Assembly: GCA_964016885.1 (NCBI GenBank)
Contig: OZ024750.1
Coordinates: forward strand, 32,922,001-32,986,000
Source of the DNA: Eledone cirrhosa
Taxonomy: Eukaryota
Reading direction: 5' to 3'
DNA: 64,000 nt
Position 1 is the first letter of the stretch; each line of letters begins with the position of its first letter. The position numbers and the translations under genes are program-made. Shown in pieces: positions 1 to 13,943 of this stretch. A model generated the notes under the pieces. The model saw only the letters and a list, made by a program, of their open reading frames with translations, searched no databases and was not told the DNA's origin.

Positions 1-405
1 TGTGTATTTTAATGTCCAACACATGCAAGCATGGTAAAGCAACAATGATGAAGAGGCTAAATAAATAGATATAAATGTAGATGTATGTGTGTGTGTGCAT
101 GAAACCAAAATTCAATTTTAAATTCATCTAATATTTATATATGTGAAAGACATATTATTAGGTAAATGATAAATTAGTTATTAACAGAAACAAATTTTAA
201 TTAAATGGAGAACATTCTGTCAAAAAAGATTATATAAATAGCTATTTCTATTATTCTCCTTATTAATGAATCTATCTATATATCTTTTTATCAACCTTTT
301 TTTCTCTCTCTCTTTCACCCCCCCCCTCTCTCTCTCTTTCGCTCTCTCTCTCTCGCTATATATATACAGACAGATAGATATATACAGTGTATATATATAT
401 ATATA

Positions 406-805
406 TAAGAAGAAATTAAAAGATGGTTAAAAAACTTCCATGTATTTTATTATGTGCATTTCAAAAACAAATATCATCCTGGGACGATATTTGCGTTCTC
501 ATCCGATAAAATAGGGAGACATGATATGATGCCTAAAAAACCCTTGTGAATAAGGTAGTGTCTAGTCAACATATGATAAATAAATTTAAAAGGATATAGA
601 AGATTGTCTCCCTATTTTATCTGATGAGAACGCAAATATCGTCCCAGGATGATATTTGTTTTTGAAATGCATATAATAAAATACATGGAACTTTTTTAAC
701 CATCTTATAATTTCTTCTTATATATACTCCAGTCCAATAAACTGTTGAGTGCTACTTATCCAATATTTGCATTGCTTTATTGTTCTACAATAAAACTCAC
801 CTCCT

Positions 806-808
<3 letters not shown>
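406..808 (+). mobile_element. Fold-back PLE-type pLTR insert in (TA)n: inverted arms 406-521/605-720 plus unique tail
   Basis: Arms of about 116 bp are reverse complements with few mismatches, (TA)n lies on both sides, the arm contains a hammerhead, and the tail carries the bulged hairpin at 726-750. Confidence 0.8.
613..683 (+). ncRNA. Type I hammerhead ribozyme (minimal helix III)
   Basis: Stem I TATTTTAT/ATAAAATA; core CTGATGA; stem II CAAATATCGTC/GATGATATTTG; GAAA-TGCATA-T-A. The mirror copy on the minus strand (about 443-513) has a mutated core, CGGATGA. Confidence 0.8.
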
Positions 809-897
<89 letters not shown>

Positions 898-1374
898 AGT
901 GAGGTTTTTTTTACAAATTGAAAAATAACCGAGGTGTCCAGTTGCATTTTCGATTTCATCTTTTTTTCTTTATATATATAACACATGCTAGCATGGAAGA
1001 TGGACGTTAAATGAAGATGATAATGATGATGACACTCTATATAACTATCTGTCTGTCAGTCAATTTATCTTTCTGTATATACAGACACACACATATATAG
1101 GGGGGGGGGGGGGGCAGGCGTCTGTGTGGGCGTACGTGTGTATTATATATGCATCCTACATAAATTTACTATGTTTACCGAATAAGATATATACACAACT
1201 TCTGATAAAACATTTATTTATTTATGTATGTATGATTGTTTTTAGGTGTGTGTACATATGCATATTTGTAAGGATGCATGTATGTAAGAAGGTGTGCATG
1301 TATATATGCGGATGCATTTAGGTGTATTTTCATGATGTGAATATAATAATATATTTATAATTGTTTACATATGA

Positions 1375-2362
<988 letters not shown>

Positions 2363-2393
2363 TAGAATAAATGCTCTGAAATAGCGATATATA

Positions 2394-2750
2394 TGTGAGT
2401 ATAGACATAGAATATTCGAAAATATTCTGTATGTTTATAATAAACATTTTGAAGACCTAATCGCTATAGAATAGAATACGTCACGTATTACAATTAGATT
2501 CTCTTTCAAACCAGTTCCAGTACACAGCTAAGTATTCTATAAGTCTCTAGCTGTGTCATTCTCGATAAAAGCACTGGATATGTAGTCCTGATGAATTCTA
2601 ACAAGAATGAAACGCGTAGATTACTTCCCTTGCTTTTATCGAGAATCTAATTGTAATACGTGACGTATTCTATTCTATAGCGATTAGGTCTTCAAAATGT
2701 TTATTATAAACATACAGAATATTTTCGAATATTCTATGTCTATACTCACA
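2394..2750 (+). mobile_element. Fold-back insert in (TA)n: arms 2394-2503/2641-2750 with a hammerhead in the spacer
   Basis: 110-bp inverted arms; the same peptide [20 protein letters not shown] appears in the ORF track on both strands. Confidence 0.85.
2582..2624 (+). ncRNA. Minimal type I hammerhead ribozyme, PLE-type
   Basis: GTAGTC-CTGATGA-ATTCT(AACA)AGAAT-GAAA-CGCG-T-A-GATTAC; the palindromic CGCG loop 3 is typical of PLE hammerheads. Confidence 0.9.
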
Positions 2751-2846
2751 TATATATATATATATATATATTTATATATTTATATATATATTTATATATA
2801 TATATATTTATATATATATATATATATATTTATATATTTATATATT

Positions 2847-2877
<31 letters not shown>

Positions 2878-2894
2878 ATATATATTTATATATT

Positions 2895-2927
<33 letters not shown>

Positions 2928-2940
2928 ATATTTATATATT

Positions 2941-2975
<35 letters not shown>

Positions 2976-2986
2976 ATTTATATATT

Positions 2987-3025
<39 letters not shown>

Positions 3026-3032
3026 ATTTATA

Positions 3033-3094
<62 letters not shown>

Positions 3095-3116
3095 ATGTTA
3101 AGTATTTCCAAAGAGC

Positions 3117-3303
3117 TATTTAATTAGAAAGTAAACAACATAATATAACTAATCCATTACCAAAGGTTTCAGGACCCTAGACAGTATTAACATATGTCTA
3201 GTTCATCTGCTGAACGATCTAGACATATGTTAATATTGTCTAGAGTCCTGAAACCTTTGGTAATGGATTAGTTATATTATGTTGTTTACTTTCTAATTAA
3301 ATA
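3117..3303. mobile_element. Fold-back insert between (TA)n tracts: arms 3117-3201/3219-3303
   Basis: 85-bp inverted arms. Each arm carries a hammerhead-like 3' half (GAAAC-CTTTG-GTA) but there is no CTGANGA. Confidence 0.75.
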
Positions 3304-3512
3304 TATATATGATATATAAATATATATAAATATATGATATATAAATATATATATATATGCTATATAAATATATATATATGATATATAAATATATATATAT
3401 ATATATATGATATATAAATATATATATACATATATATATATATATGATATATAAATATATATATATATATATGATATATAAATATATATATATACATATA
3501 TATATATATATG

Positions 3513-3546
<34 letters not shown>

Positions 3547-3604
3547 GATATATAAATATATATATATTTATATATATATATGATATAATAAATATATATA
3601 TACG

Positions 3605-3643
<39 letters not shown>

Positions 3644-3710
3644 ATATAAATATATATATATATGATATATAAATATATATATATATGATATATAAATATA
3701 TATATATATG

Positions 3711-3742
<32 letters not shown>

Positions 3743-3804
3743 GATATATAAATATATATATATGATATATATATATGATATATATATTTATATATGACAT
3801 ATAA

Positions 3805-3893
<89 letters not shown>

Positions 3894-3980
3894 AAAAATT
3901 GAACAGGGACAGAACAGAGAGGCAGTACGACAAATGTTTATTAGATTCACGCTCAGGAGAATGGGGGGTAGGTGGAGGAC

Positions 3981-4008
3981 GACGTTTCGGGCATAAGCCC
4001 TTCTTCAG
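3981..4008 (-). ncRNA. Hammerhead-like core in the PLE 3' region
   Basis: CTGAAGA-A-GGGC(TTAT)GCCC-GAAACGTC; stem I pairing is weak. Confidence 0.6.
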
Positions 4009-4820
4009 GGAAGAGTTCAAAAGGTGTGTAGGGGAGTGGTGGAGAGACATATAGCGAAAGGAAACGGTGCGAATGAAAAAGTAACAAATAAAGACAAAAA
4101 TATAATAAATAATAAATAAAAATAAAGCATGATCAAAATACAAGGAATGAGAACATTTAAAAATAATTAAAAGGGGGGTAAACAGGTGGTGGAAGGGTGT
4201 GGGGTGAGTAGAGGTGGAGGCGGGTGGAGTGGGGAGAGGGAGACGGGGTGTCCGAGCGGGGAGGGCTGAAGGTGGTGTGTGTGGTTAGGTGTGCGTGTGT
4301 GTGTGTGTGTGTGTATGTGAAAGTGAGGGTTGGGGGAAGAACGGGGTTGCATGTTCAGGAAGGTGTGTGTGGGGGTGTTTTTGTGTGTTGGAGGGTCTGT
4401 GCGTGTGTGGATAGGGGGTGGGGGGGAGAGGAATCAGGGGGCTGAGGGTGTAAATATGTGGTGGGAAGCACGTGTGTGTGGTTTAAGCGTGTTGTGGGTG
4501 TGGGTGGCGTGTGGATAAAAAAAAATTTGTTTTGGGATGTGTGTGTGGGTGAGTTATATAGGTGATGGTGTTAGAGGATGGTTGAAAGTGGTAAGTTACA
4601 CGGATGTATGGAGATTTTGGTTGGAAGTCAAAACGCGTGTGGGTAATCCAAGAAGCGGTGGTCGGAAGAGGAGAGATGTGGGGTGCGCGCGCAACAGGAA
4701 GTGGTCAGCAGTGGAAGTGCTGTGGTCAGTTGGTGCTGAGACAGTGGTCGGAAGGGCATAGCAGCAGTCAGCGGAATGGTAGGGAGGCGAGGATGGGTAG
4801 GTGTGAGAGTTGGAGTGAGG

Positions 4821-4859
<39 letters not shown>

Positions 4860-5319
4860 TAGTAGGGGTGTTAGTGGGATGAGTGAGTGTGGAGTGGGGA
4901 GAGAAGGGTGTGTGTGGTTCTGTGGAGGGAGTGTGGTGTACTGGTGTGTGTGTAGTTTGGTGAGGAGGTGTTAGTGGGTGTTAGTAGACGGGAGGTGGGG
5001 AGGGGTGGAATGCAGGTGTGAGTGGGGGTTAGTGGGGGTAGGGTGTGTAGAGTTGGTGGTGTACGAGGGTGTGTGGGTACGTGTGCGTGGGGTTGGAGGG
5101 TGTTAGTGATGTTAGTTGCGTGTGGGGTGGGTGGTGTAAGTGTGTGCATGTGATAAGGAGGGGGGAGGAGGAGACGAGGGGAGGGAAGGGATGTTAGTAT
5201 GTTAGTTGGGGAAGGGTGGTTAGATGAGGGGTGGAGTGGAGGTGTTAGTATTGTTAGTGTGGGGTGGGCGGTAAAAAGGAGGGGTGTGTTAGTGGTGTTA
5301 GTGGGGGATAAGTGGGGGA

Positions 5320-5966
5320 GGGGGGCGGTCGAACGCTAAAGGAATAAGGGTGGGGAGTGTGGGTCTGTAAGATGAAGATAGTACGTTGTTCGACCGTGAG
5401 GCGATGGGCGGGTGTTCCGTGGCACTGGAGTAGGCCACAGACTGTGAGATGGTGTGCGGAGTGTCCAGGGCCACCAAAGTGGCGGGCGATGGGGGAACTG
5501 CCCCCGAGACGAATGTCCCGGAGGTGCTCCGTGACTCGGTCCGCCAGGCGGCGTCCCGTCTGTCCGACATAAGTCGCGCTGCACCTCGTGCAACGAAGTC
5601 CGTAGACTAGGTTGGAGGAGGTGCAGCGGAAGGCATGCCGGACCGAGAGAGGGTGGCCGTTGGGACCCTGGAAGGTGGTGGTGTTGGTGATGTGGGGACA
5701 GGTGTTGCAGCGGGGCCTAGAACAGGGGAAGGAACCGGGAGGGGGAAACGGAGCGTGGGTTGGGGGGTAGGGAGCTGTGGACGAGGAGGGTGCGGAGATT
5801 GCGTGCGCGTTTGAAGGAGGGGAGTGGTGGGGTTGGGAAGATGTGGGAGGTGGAGGGGTCGGACTGGAGGTGTCGGAAGAGGCGGCGGATGGTGCGGTGG
5901 AGGGGTACAGTGGAGGGGTGGTAGGTGATGGGGAAGGGGAGACGGTGGGTGTGCGGTGGCGTGGGG

Positions 5967-5968
<2 letters not shown>
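5320..5968 (-). pseudogene. PLE RT thumb, Cys-rich linker and GIY-YIG endonuclease (one frameshift near 5740)
   Basis: RLPFPITYHP...LQSDPSTSHIFPTPPLPSFKRARNLRTLLVHS, then in another frame GSFPCSRPRCNTCPHI...CTSSNLVYGLRCTRCSATYVGQTGRRLADRVTEHLRDI...IARHF (manual translation). Confidence 0.92.
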
Positions 5969-6010
<42 letters not shown>

Positions 6011-6484
6011 TGCAGAAATATGAGAACAACTGCGAAAACTACTCACTGCAGCAGCAGTAGCACCAACTGCAGCAACACTTACTATGCTGCAGCAAAGTCA
6101 CACATTAGAAGTGCAAAACTGTTGCAAAAGCTTTGCAATTCTAGTTCGTTTTTTTCCTCCTTTTCATCTAGCATATATATATGTTTATATATATGGTTAT
6201 ATATATAAATATATATATAAATATATATATAATATATATAAATATATATATAATATATATAAATATATATATAAATGAAAACCCAGAGTTAAAAGCTCGC
6301 ATTAATACCTCCTAATTGGTCAGCTCAAAGTATATATGTGTATATATATATATACGTGTATATATATGTGTATATATATATATGTGTGTGTATATATATA
6401 TGTTTATATATATATACCTATACATATATATCATCATCATCATCATATATATATATGTATATATATATATATATGTATATATGT

Positions 6485-7520
6485 GGAGACAGTGACCTTG
6501 TCTTTTAGTATCATTACAGAGAATGTTATTTTAACCCATCAGAGGGTCAACAGGAAACAGTGAACTAGTGTTTTAGTATCATTACAGAGAATGTTATTTA
6601 ACCCATCAGAGGGTCAACAGGAGACAGTGACCTAGTGTTTTAGTATCATTACAGAGAATGTTATTTAACCCATCAGAGGGTCAACAGGAGACAGTGACCT
6701 AGTGTTTTAGTATCATCACAGAGAAGGTTATTTTAACCCATCAGAGGGTCAACAGGAGACAGTGACCTAGTGTTTTAGTATCATCACAGAGAAGGTTATT
6801 TTAACCCATCAGAGGGTCAACAGGAGACAGTGACCTAGTGTTTTAGTATCATTACAAAGAAGGTTATTTTAACCCATCAGAGGGTCAACAGGAGACAGTG
6901 ACCTAGTGTTTTCGTATCATTACAAAGAAGGTTATTTTAACCCATCAGAGGGTCAACAGGAGACCGTGACCCAGTGTTTTAGTATCATTACAGAGAATGT
7001 TATGTTAACCCATCAGAGGGTCAACAGGAGACAGTGACCTAGTGTTTTAGTATCATTACAAAGAAGGTTATTTTAACCCATCAGAGGGTCAACAGGAGAC
7101 AGTGACCTAGTGTTTTAGTATCATTACAAAGAAGGTTATTTTAACCCATCAGAGGGTCAACAGGAGACAGTGACCTAGTGTTTTAGTATCATTACAAAGA
7201 AGGTTATTTTAACCCATCAGAGGGTCAACAGGAGACAGTGACCTAGTGTTTTCGTATCATTACAAAGAAGGTTATTTTAACCCATCAGAGGGTCAACAGG
7301 AGACCGTGCCCAGTGTTTTAGTATCATTACAGAGAATGTTATGTTAACCCATCAGAGGGTCAACAGGAGACAGTGACCTAGTGATTTAGTATCATCATAG
7401 AGAATGTTATTTTAACCCATCAGAGGGTTAACAGGAGACAGTGACCTAGTGATTTAGTATCATCACAGAGAATGTTATTTTAACCCACCAGACGGTCAAC
7501 AGTGGAGACTGTGACCTTGT
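6485..7520. repeat. 68-bp minisatellite, about 15 copies
   Basis: Unit GGAGACAGTGACCTAGTGTTTTAGTATCATTACAGAGAATGTTATTTTAACCCATCAGAGGGTCAACA. Confidence 0.97.
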
Positions 7521-8450
7521 GTTTTTTTGGTAAATGTAAACAAAAATTTGGGATGAATTTAATTTTGTGAATGGCCCAGTCTTCCTCAGCCTTCCTTTGG
7601 TTATTGATAATGATCATAATATAGTTTTACAGATTATATTATGGTATTTCTACATGAGCAATGCAATAGCAATTGAATGGATGTGTTGCTGCAGGCAGTA
7701 TTTTTTAGTTTGTGGAATTATTTTGTTAATTTCTTTTTCTAATAATGGTTTTTCCTTCAGAGTCTGCACTTAGTTCTGTTCACAGAACTTGATGGAGTCT
7801 GCTTTGCAGAGATATTGGTTACAGTGTCTACAAATATCTGCCAAGATATTTTAATGTTAGTGGAAGTATGTGTATGTGTGAAAGATCAGTCAACATATGA
7901 AAGATCATGAGTGGTTGCATCCCAGTTTACATTATGAAGATCCATTGTTATCAAATAGGTGGGTTGGAGAGATGTCATTGGGTTTAACTTTTAGCTGGTG
8001 GAATCTCAAGTTATAGAGAACAATGTCATGGTCTGAGAAGAGAGCTTCTCCGCTGTAATATTGTAGTTAGTGTTAGTGTAGTTACTAAACACTAGGAACA
8101 AAATATTTGAGACAGGAAAAACTCATCCATTAAAGTTGAAAAGTGACTCTACTGTTGCTTTGTTAGGGGTTGTAGTGGCAATACCTGGTCTCAAACTGTA
8201 GATCATCAACACAGAAGAGGTTGAAGTCACCCATCATTAGTATGTTACCAGAGTGGCACTGATCGATATAAAATACCTAATGCTGTTGAGGCATTTTTTG
8301 ATGCACGGTAGAAACATTCGAGGTGAACTATAGAACCCAACTACTTTTGGCTGTATTGAACACAGAAACTGATTCAGAGTTACCATTGGAAAATATTTCA
8401 TTTCTGTCTGCCATTAAAGAATCATGCAGGAAAATGACAGTTGCTCACAA
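7500..8450 (-). pseudogene. Degenerate CR1/L2-like LINE ORF2 fragment (APE endonuclease and tether)
   Basis: Minus-strand motifs in order CFYR, NILMMGDFN, FSDHDIV, VNWDA, HPKFLFTF, with many stops and frameshifts. Confidence 0.7.
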
Positions 8451-9288
8451 CATAATCTGCACAAATGGTTGTAAATTTCCTCACTTTCACTTCATCTTCC
8501 AAGTAGGGGCTTTCAAGATGGGTCTCAGAAGAATGGGACGCAGTGGAGATTGTTGGCAACTAACCGTTTAAATTGAATCTTCCAATTTTTGTGTTTTGGT
8601 GGAAGAACTGATTTGTGCAATAAGCAAAAATATTGAGGCTACAGTAGTGGCTGGTTTTGATTGTTTCAGTGGTGATGATGTATTCGGTTTGTTGGTTAAT
8701 GACAGCATTAGGGGTAGAGTTTGTAAACTGGGGTAATAGCAGAGGTTGGTGTTGTGGAATACTCAGACGATTTTCTTCCCAGCTTTGCAAATGTATTTGA
8801 GTTTTGTTTATTCAAATACTCCGTTATCATCAAAGCAGCAGTGTTTAAGTTTGTGATTTGTGCAAAATTTGGCTGCTATTTCTAACAAGCTATGTTATCT
8901 CATAGCAGCCCTCTGTTGGAATATATGTCTATATTAGTTATTATTGTATAATCCCAGGTCAGCACTGATCAAGAACTAGGATTTTTAACTTTCCAGTCTT
9001 ACCCATCCTGTCATTTTATGAATTAATAAAACTATTTTGTTTAATGGGGTCCTACCCCTATATGAGATGGCAGGGTGTGATTTGTGTAAAATCTGGCTGC
9101 TATTTCTAGCAGGGTGAGATACTATATGATTAGAGGTATATGTTTTGGCAGTTGTGTTTGTGTGGGCGTAATATATTTTCTATTAATTTAAATATATATG
9201 AAATATATTTCACCTCAAGCAGGCTTTCCTCACCCACACACATGAACTCACATCCACATACATACACACACTCACTCATACCTGCCCC

Positions 9289-9319
<31 letters not shown>

Positions 9320-9425
9320 GCTACATACATTTGTTTGTATGTGTACACACACACATATATATATTGTAGATGTATATTATACTCTTGACTACAGGGGAGA
9401 TGTAGGAGAGAGAAAGAGTGTAGGA

Positions 9426-9461
<36 letters not shown>

Positions 9462-9469
9462 TTTCTTTA

Positions 9470-9900
9470 ATTTGTTTGTTTGGCTGGCTGGGTGGTTTGT
9501 TGGTTGGTTTACTGGCTGGCTAGCTGTCTGGCTGGTTGGCTGGCTGGTTTGCTGGCTGGTTGTATGGTTGTCTGGTTGGTTGTTTGTTCCACTGGCTGGC
9601 TGGTAGGTTAGCTGGCTGGTAGGCTGGTTGGTTGGCTGTCTGGCTGGCTGGCTGGTTGGTTGGTTGGCTGGCTGGCTGGCTGGCTGACTGGCTGGCTAGC
9701 TGGCTGGTTAGTTCACTGGCTGTCTGGTTGGTTGGTTGGTCCACTGGCTGGCTGGTTGGTAGGTTAGCTGGCTGGTGGGCTGGCTGGTTCATAGGCTGAT
9801 TGGTAGGTTAGCTGGCTGGCTGGATGGCTGGCTGGATGGCTGGCTGGCTGGTTCCCTGGCAGGCTGGTAGGTTAGCTGACTGCCTGGTTGGTTGGTGTAT
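9470..9900. repeat. (TGGC/TGGT)n tetranucleotide array
   Basis: Read directly. Confidence 0.95.
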
Positions 9901-10081
9901 GGTTATGCCAGTCTCTATAATTAACCAACTCATTAGCTAATTATCATAGAGTTTACATACAATTAAGTAGCCAATATGGTTTCAATATTATTGTAACGAA
10001 TAACAAAACCCTAGTAATTTTGTTCATACACACAACTATCAACATATATACAATCACACACACACACACAGAGCAATATAT

Positions 10082-10112
<31 letters not shown>

Positions 10113-10409
10113 CAAAGACACACATGCAGGCATAACAATATTTACATACACTAGAGTAGAATACTCTATGTGGTTGCTCAAATTGCTAGAAACAGCAGTT
10201 AAAATCTCCTTTAAATCATACCTTGCTGCCTTCAACAAGGAAACAATGGAAGAGATAACTCCCTAGATGGAATGGTTATGGCTGGAATGTCTTAAAACAT
10301 AGGTCTGCTTCATTAGGGATCACCTAGAGCACATGCGTAATACGTCTTTTTCAGATCCTAAGGCACTTTAATGATTATGGTGGTACCCCCTATATATATA
10401 GACAGAAAA

Positions 10410-10802
10410 ATATATGGAGGGGTTTTGGCCCCCAGTCCACACTGTAAAGTGGTGGTGTAACAACAACAGCAACAACAAAGTCATATCTGGATATTATAGA
10501 AAAGTCTATACTGTAAATGTGGTTGGTTTTAAGAAGGGCATCCAGGAGGGGTTTTGGCCCCCAGTCCACACTGTAAAGGTGGTGTAACAACAACAGCAAC
10601 AACAAAGTCATATCTGGATATTATAGAAAAGTCTATACTGTAAAGGTGGTTGGTTTTAAGAAGGGCATCCAGCAATAGAAACCAAGCCAGAAACTGGTCT
10701 GAATCAACAAGACACAATTACTTGATCTGACTTGTCTCACAATGGGACAACTTGTCTAACCCATACTAGAGTATAAAAATGGACATTGAATGAAAATGAT
10801 GA

Positions 10803-10805
<3 letters not shown>
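10410..10805 (+). repeat. Dispersed GGAAGGGCATCC...(GAT)n-tailed repeat (RTE-associated) with a local tandem duplication of about 130 bp
   Basis: 10418-10545 is repeated at 10546-10672; related copies at about 12790-12990, 18720-18900 (minus) and 29140-29300. Confidence 0.65.
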
Positions 10806-10864
<59 letters not shown>

Positions 10865-11127
10865 TTCTAATCCATGCTAGTGTGGAAGATGGAGGTTAAA
10901 CGATGATGATGATTATATATATGTCACAAAATATGGAAATTGCAATGAGGTCTAAAGAGACATTTCATGGTTCATCAAGATCAGACAACTCAGGTAGTTG
11001 AAGCTACATTGAAACTAAGTTACAATTTATGCAGACAACATTTTAAAAGTCTGGTTTAAAAAGCCACATGGATTTTCATGCAAGAACTGAGCTCCATGTA
11101 CATTGAGATGGTCAAGTTTTGTATTGG

Positions 11128-12358
11128 GCAGACAACCATCATATGTATAAATATATATTGAGCAAACAACCATCATATATATATATATATATTGAGTAGA
11201 CAACCATTATATAGTATTGTATTGAGCAGACAACCATCATATATATATATATATTGAGTAGACAACCAACATATAGTATTGTATTGAGCAGACAACCATC
11301 ATATATATATATTGAGTAGACAACCATTATATAGTATTGTATTGAGTAGACAACCATCATATAGTATTGTATTGAGTAGAAAACCAACATATAGTATTGT
11401 ATTGAGTAGAACACCATCATATAGTATTGTATTGAGTAGAACACCATTATATAGTATTATATTGAGTAGACAACCAACATATAGCATTGTATTGAGTAGA
11501 CAACCATTATGTAGTATTGTATTGAGCAGACAACCAACATATAGTATTGTATTGAGTAGGCAACCAACATATAGTATTGTATTGAGTAGACAACCAACAT
11601 ATAGTATTGAGTAGACAACCATTATGTAGTATTGTATTGAGCAGACAACCAACATATAGTATTGTATTGAGTAGGCAACCAACATATAGTATTGTATTGA
11701 GTAGGCAACCAACATATAGTATTGTATTGAGTAGACAACCAACATATAGTATTGAGTAGACAACCAACATATAGTATTGTATTGAGTAGAGAACCATTAT
11801 GTAGTATTGTATTGAGTAGAACACCAACACATAGTATTGTATTGAGTAGAACACCAACATATAGTATTGTATTGAGTAGACAACCAACATATAGTATTGT
11901 ATTGAGTAGACAACCATTATATAGTATTGTATTGAGTAGAGAACCAACATATAGTATTGTATTGAGTAGAGAACCATTATGTAGTATTGTATTGAGTAGA
12001 ACACCAACATATAGTATTGTATTGAGTAGACAACCATTATATAGTATTGTATTGAGTAGAGAACCAACATATAGTATTGTATTGAGTAGAACACCATCAT
12101 ATAGTATTGTATTGAGTAGACACCCAACATATAGCATTGTATTGAGTAGACAACCAACATATAGTATTGTATTGAGCAGACAACCAACATATAGTATTGT
12201 ATTGAGTAGACTACCATCATATAGTATTGTATTGAGTAGACAACCATTATATAGTATTGTATTGAGCAGACAACCAACATATAGTATTGTATTGAGTAGA
12301 CAACCAACATATAGTATTGTATAGAGTAGACAACCAACATATAGTATTGTATTGAGCA
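11128..12358. repeat. 30-bp minisatellite
   Basis: Unit GACAACCAACATATAGTATTGTATTGAGTA; gives 10-aa periodic ORFs. Confidence 0.97.
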
Positions 12359-12631
12359 GGCGAGGTGATAAAAACTAACCTTGCTCACTTACAGCTCTAT
12401 AAGATAATGCCACTGGATCGAGATCTTTGGCACCATGCAGTTGTACAGAAGACCCACCTTCCCTTGCATACAAACCTAGTCAGTAGGCATCTCTTAACCC
12501 AATATACACCCCACCTCATACATGCTACCCCATCCTCCCATTTCCATCCACTGTAGGTGACACAACAAAAAGCACCCAGTCCACACTGTAAAGTGGTCGT
12601 GTAGGAGACACTGTAAAAATCCACCCAGTCC

Positions 12632-12790
12632 CAGTGCCGTCTTAACAGCATTAAAGGCCCCCGGGCAAAGCAGGAAACTGGGGCCCCTACCTACACAACC
12701 ACTCACAGGAATAAAAATACAAATGGACCCCCTATCCTCGTGGGACCCCCGGGCAATTGCCCAGCGTGCCCATGCGTTAAGACGGCTCTG
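12632..12790. mobile_element. hAT-type MITE with 8-bp TSD
   Basis: TIRs CAGTGCCGTCTTAAC/GTTAAGACGGCTCTG and an exact CCCAGTCC on both sides. Confidence 0.9.
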
Positions 12791-13050
12791 CCCAGTCCAC
12801 ACTGTAACAGTGGTTGGTGTTAGGAAGGGCATCCACTGTAAAAGTGGTTGGTGTTAGGAAGGGCATCCAGCCATAGAAAACCTGCCAGACACCCTTCACA
12901 TAAGAGCGAGACATCCAATCCCGCATCAAATGGAACAAAACTGTCTCACCCGTGCTACCGTGGAAGATGGACGTTAAACGATGATGATGATAATCATAAT
13001 CATCATACAGAAATAGTTCTGTATGTGCAAGACACAGTCACCTGATGTGA

Positions 13051-13678
13051 CTTGTCTCACAACGGCACAACTTGTCTCACAACGGGACAACTTGTCTCAC
13101 AATGGGACAACTTGTCTCACAACGGGACAACTTGTCTCACAACGGGACAACTTGTCTCACAACGGGACAATTTGTCTCACAACGGGACAACTTGTCTCAC
13201 AACGGGACAACTTGTCTCACAACGGGACAACTTGTCTCACGACGGGACAACTTGTCTCACAATGGGACAACTTGTCTCACAACGGGAAAACTTGTCTCAC
13301 AACGGGACAACTTGTCTCACAACGGGACAACTTGTCTCACAATGGGAAAACTTGTCTCACAACGGGACAACTTGTCTCACAACGGGAAAACTTGTCTCAC
13401 AACGGGACAACTTGTTTCACAACGGTAAAACTTGTCTCACAACGGGACAACTTGTCTCACAACGGGACAACTTGTCTCACAATGGGAAAACTTGTCTCAC
13501 AACGGGAAAACTTGTCTCACAACGGGAAAACTTGTCTCACAACGGGAAAACTTGTCTCACAACGGGAAAACTTGTCTCACAATGGGACAACTTGTCTCAC
13601 AACGGGACAACTTGTCTCACAACGGGACAAATTGTCTCACAACGGGACAACTTGTCTCACAATGGGACAACTTGTCAA
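13051..13678. repeat. 20-bp minisatellite, about 31 copies, each unit hairpin-forming
   Basis: Unit CTTGTCTCACAAYGGGACAA. Confidence 0.98.
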
Positions 13679-13943
13679 ACACATGCTAGAGCGGAAAAAT
13701 GGATGTTGAATGATGATAATGATGATGATGATGATGATTCAATTTATTTAATTTAAATAAAATGGTGCTTCTGATCACTTGGTGCCATAAGAATGTACAT
13801 ATTTTACTTAATGGCTAATCCAGTCCTGCCTAGGGTTAAACAACAATAACAACAACAGCAACAACAAGGTCATATATGGATATTATAGAAAAGTACATAG
13901 ACATACATATATACAGCTATAGATTCAAACATAATCAGACATA

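Larger units (their letters stand above)
3890..5968 (-). mobile_element. 5'-truncated Penelope-like element (Neptune-type) inserted in (TA)n
   Basis: RT thumb/linker and GIY-YIG coding region, a long CA-rich 3' region, a hammerhead-like motif and AATAAA near the 3' end, and (TA)n on both flanks. Confidence 0.9.

Noticed and set aside
6485-13678. Regular 68-, 30- and 20-bp arrays as CRISPR-like loci
   Set aside because: Units are head-to-tail with no unique spacers, there are no cas genes, and the context is eukaryotic.
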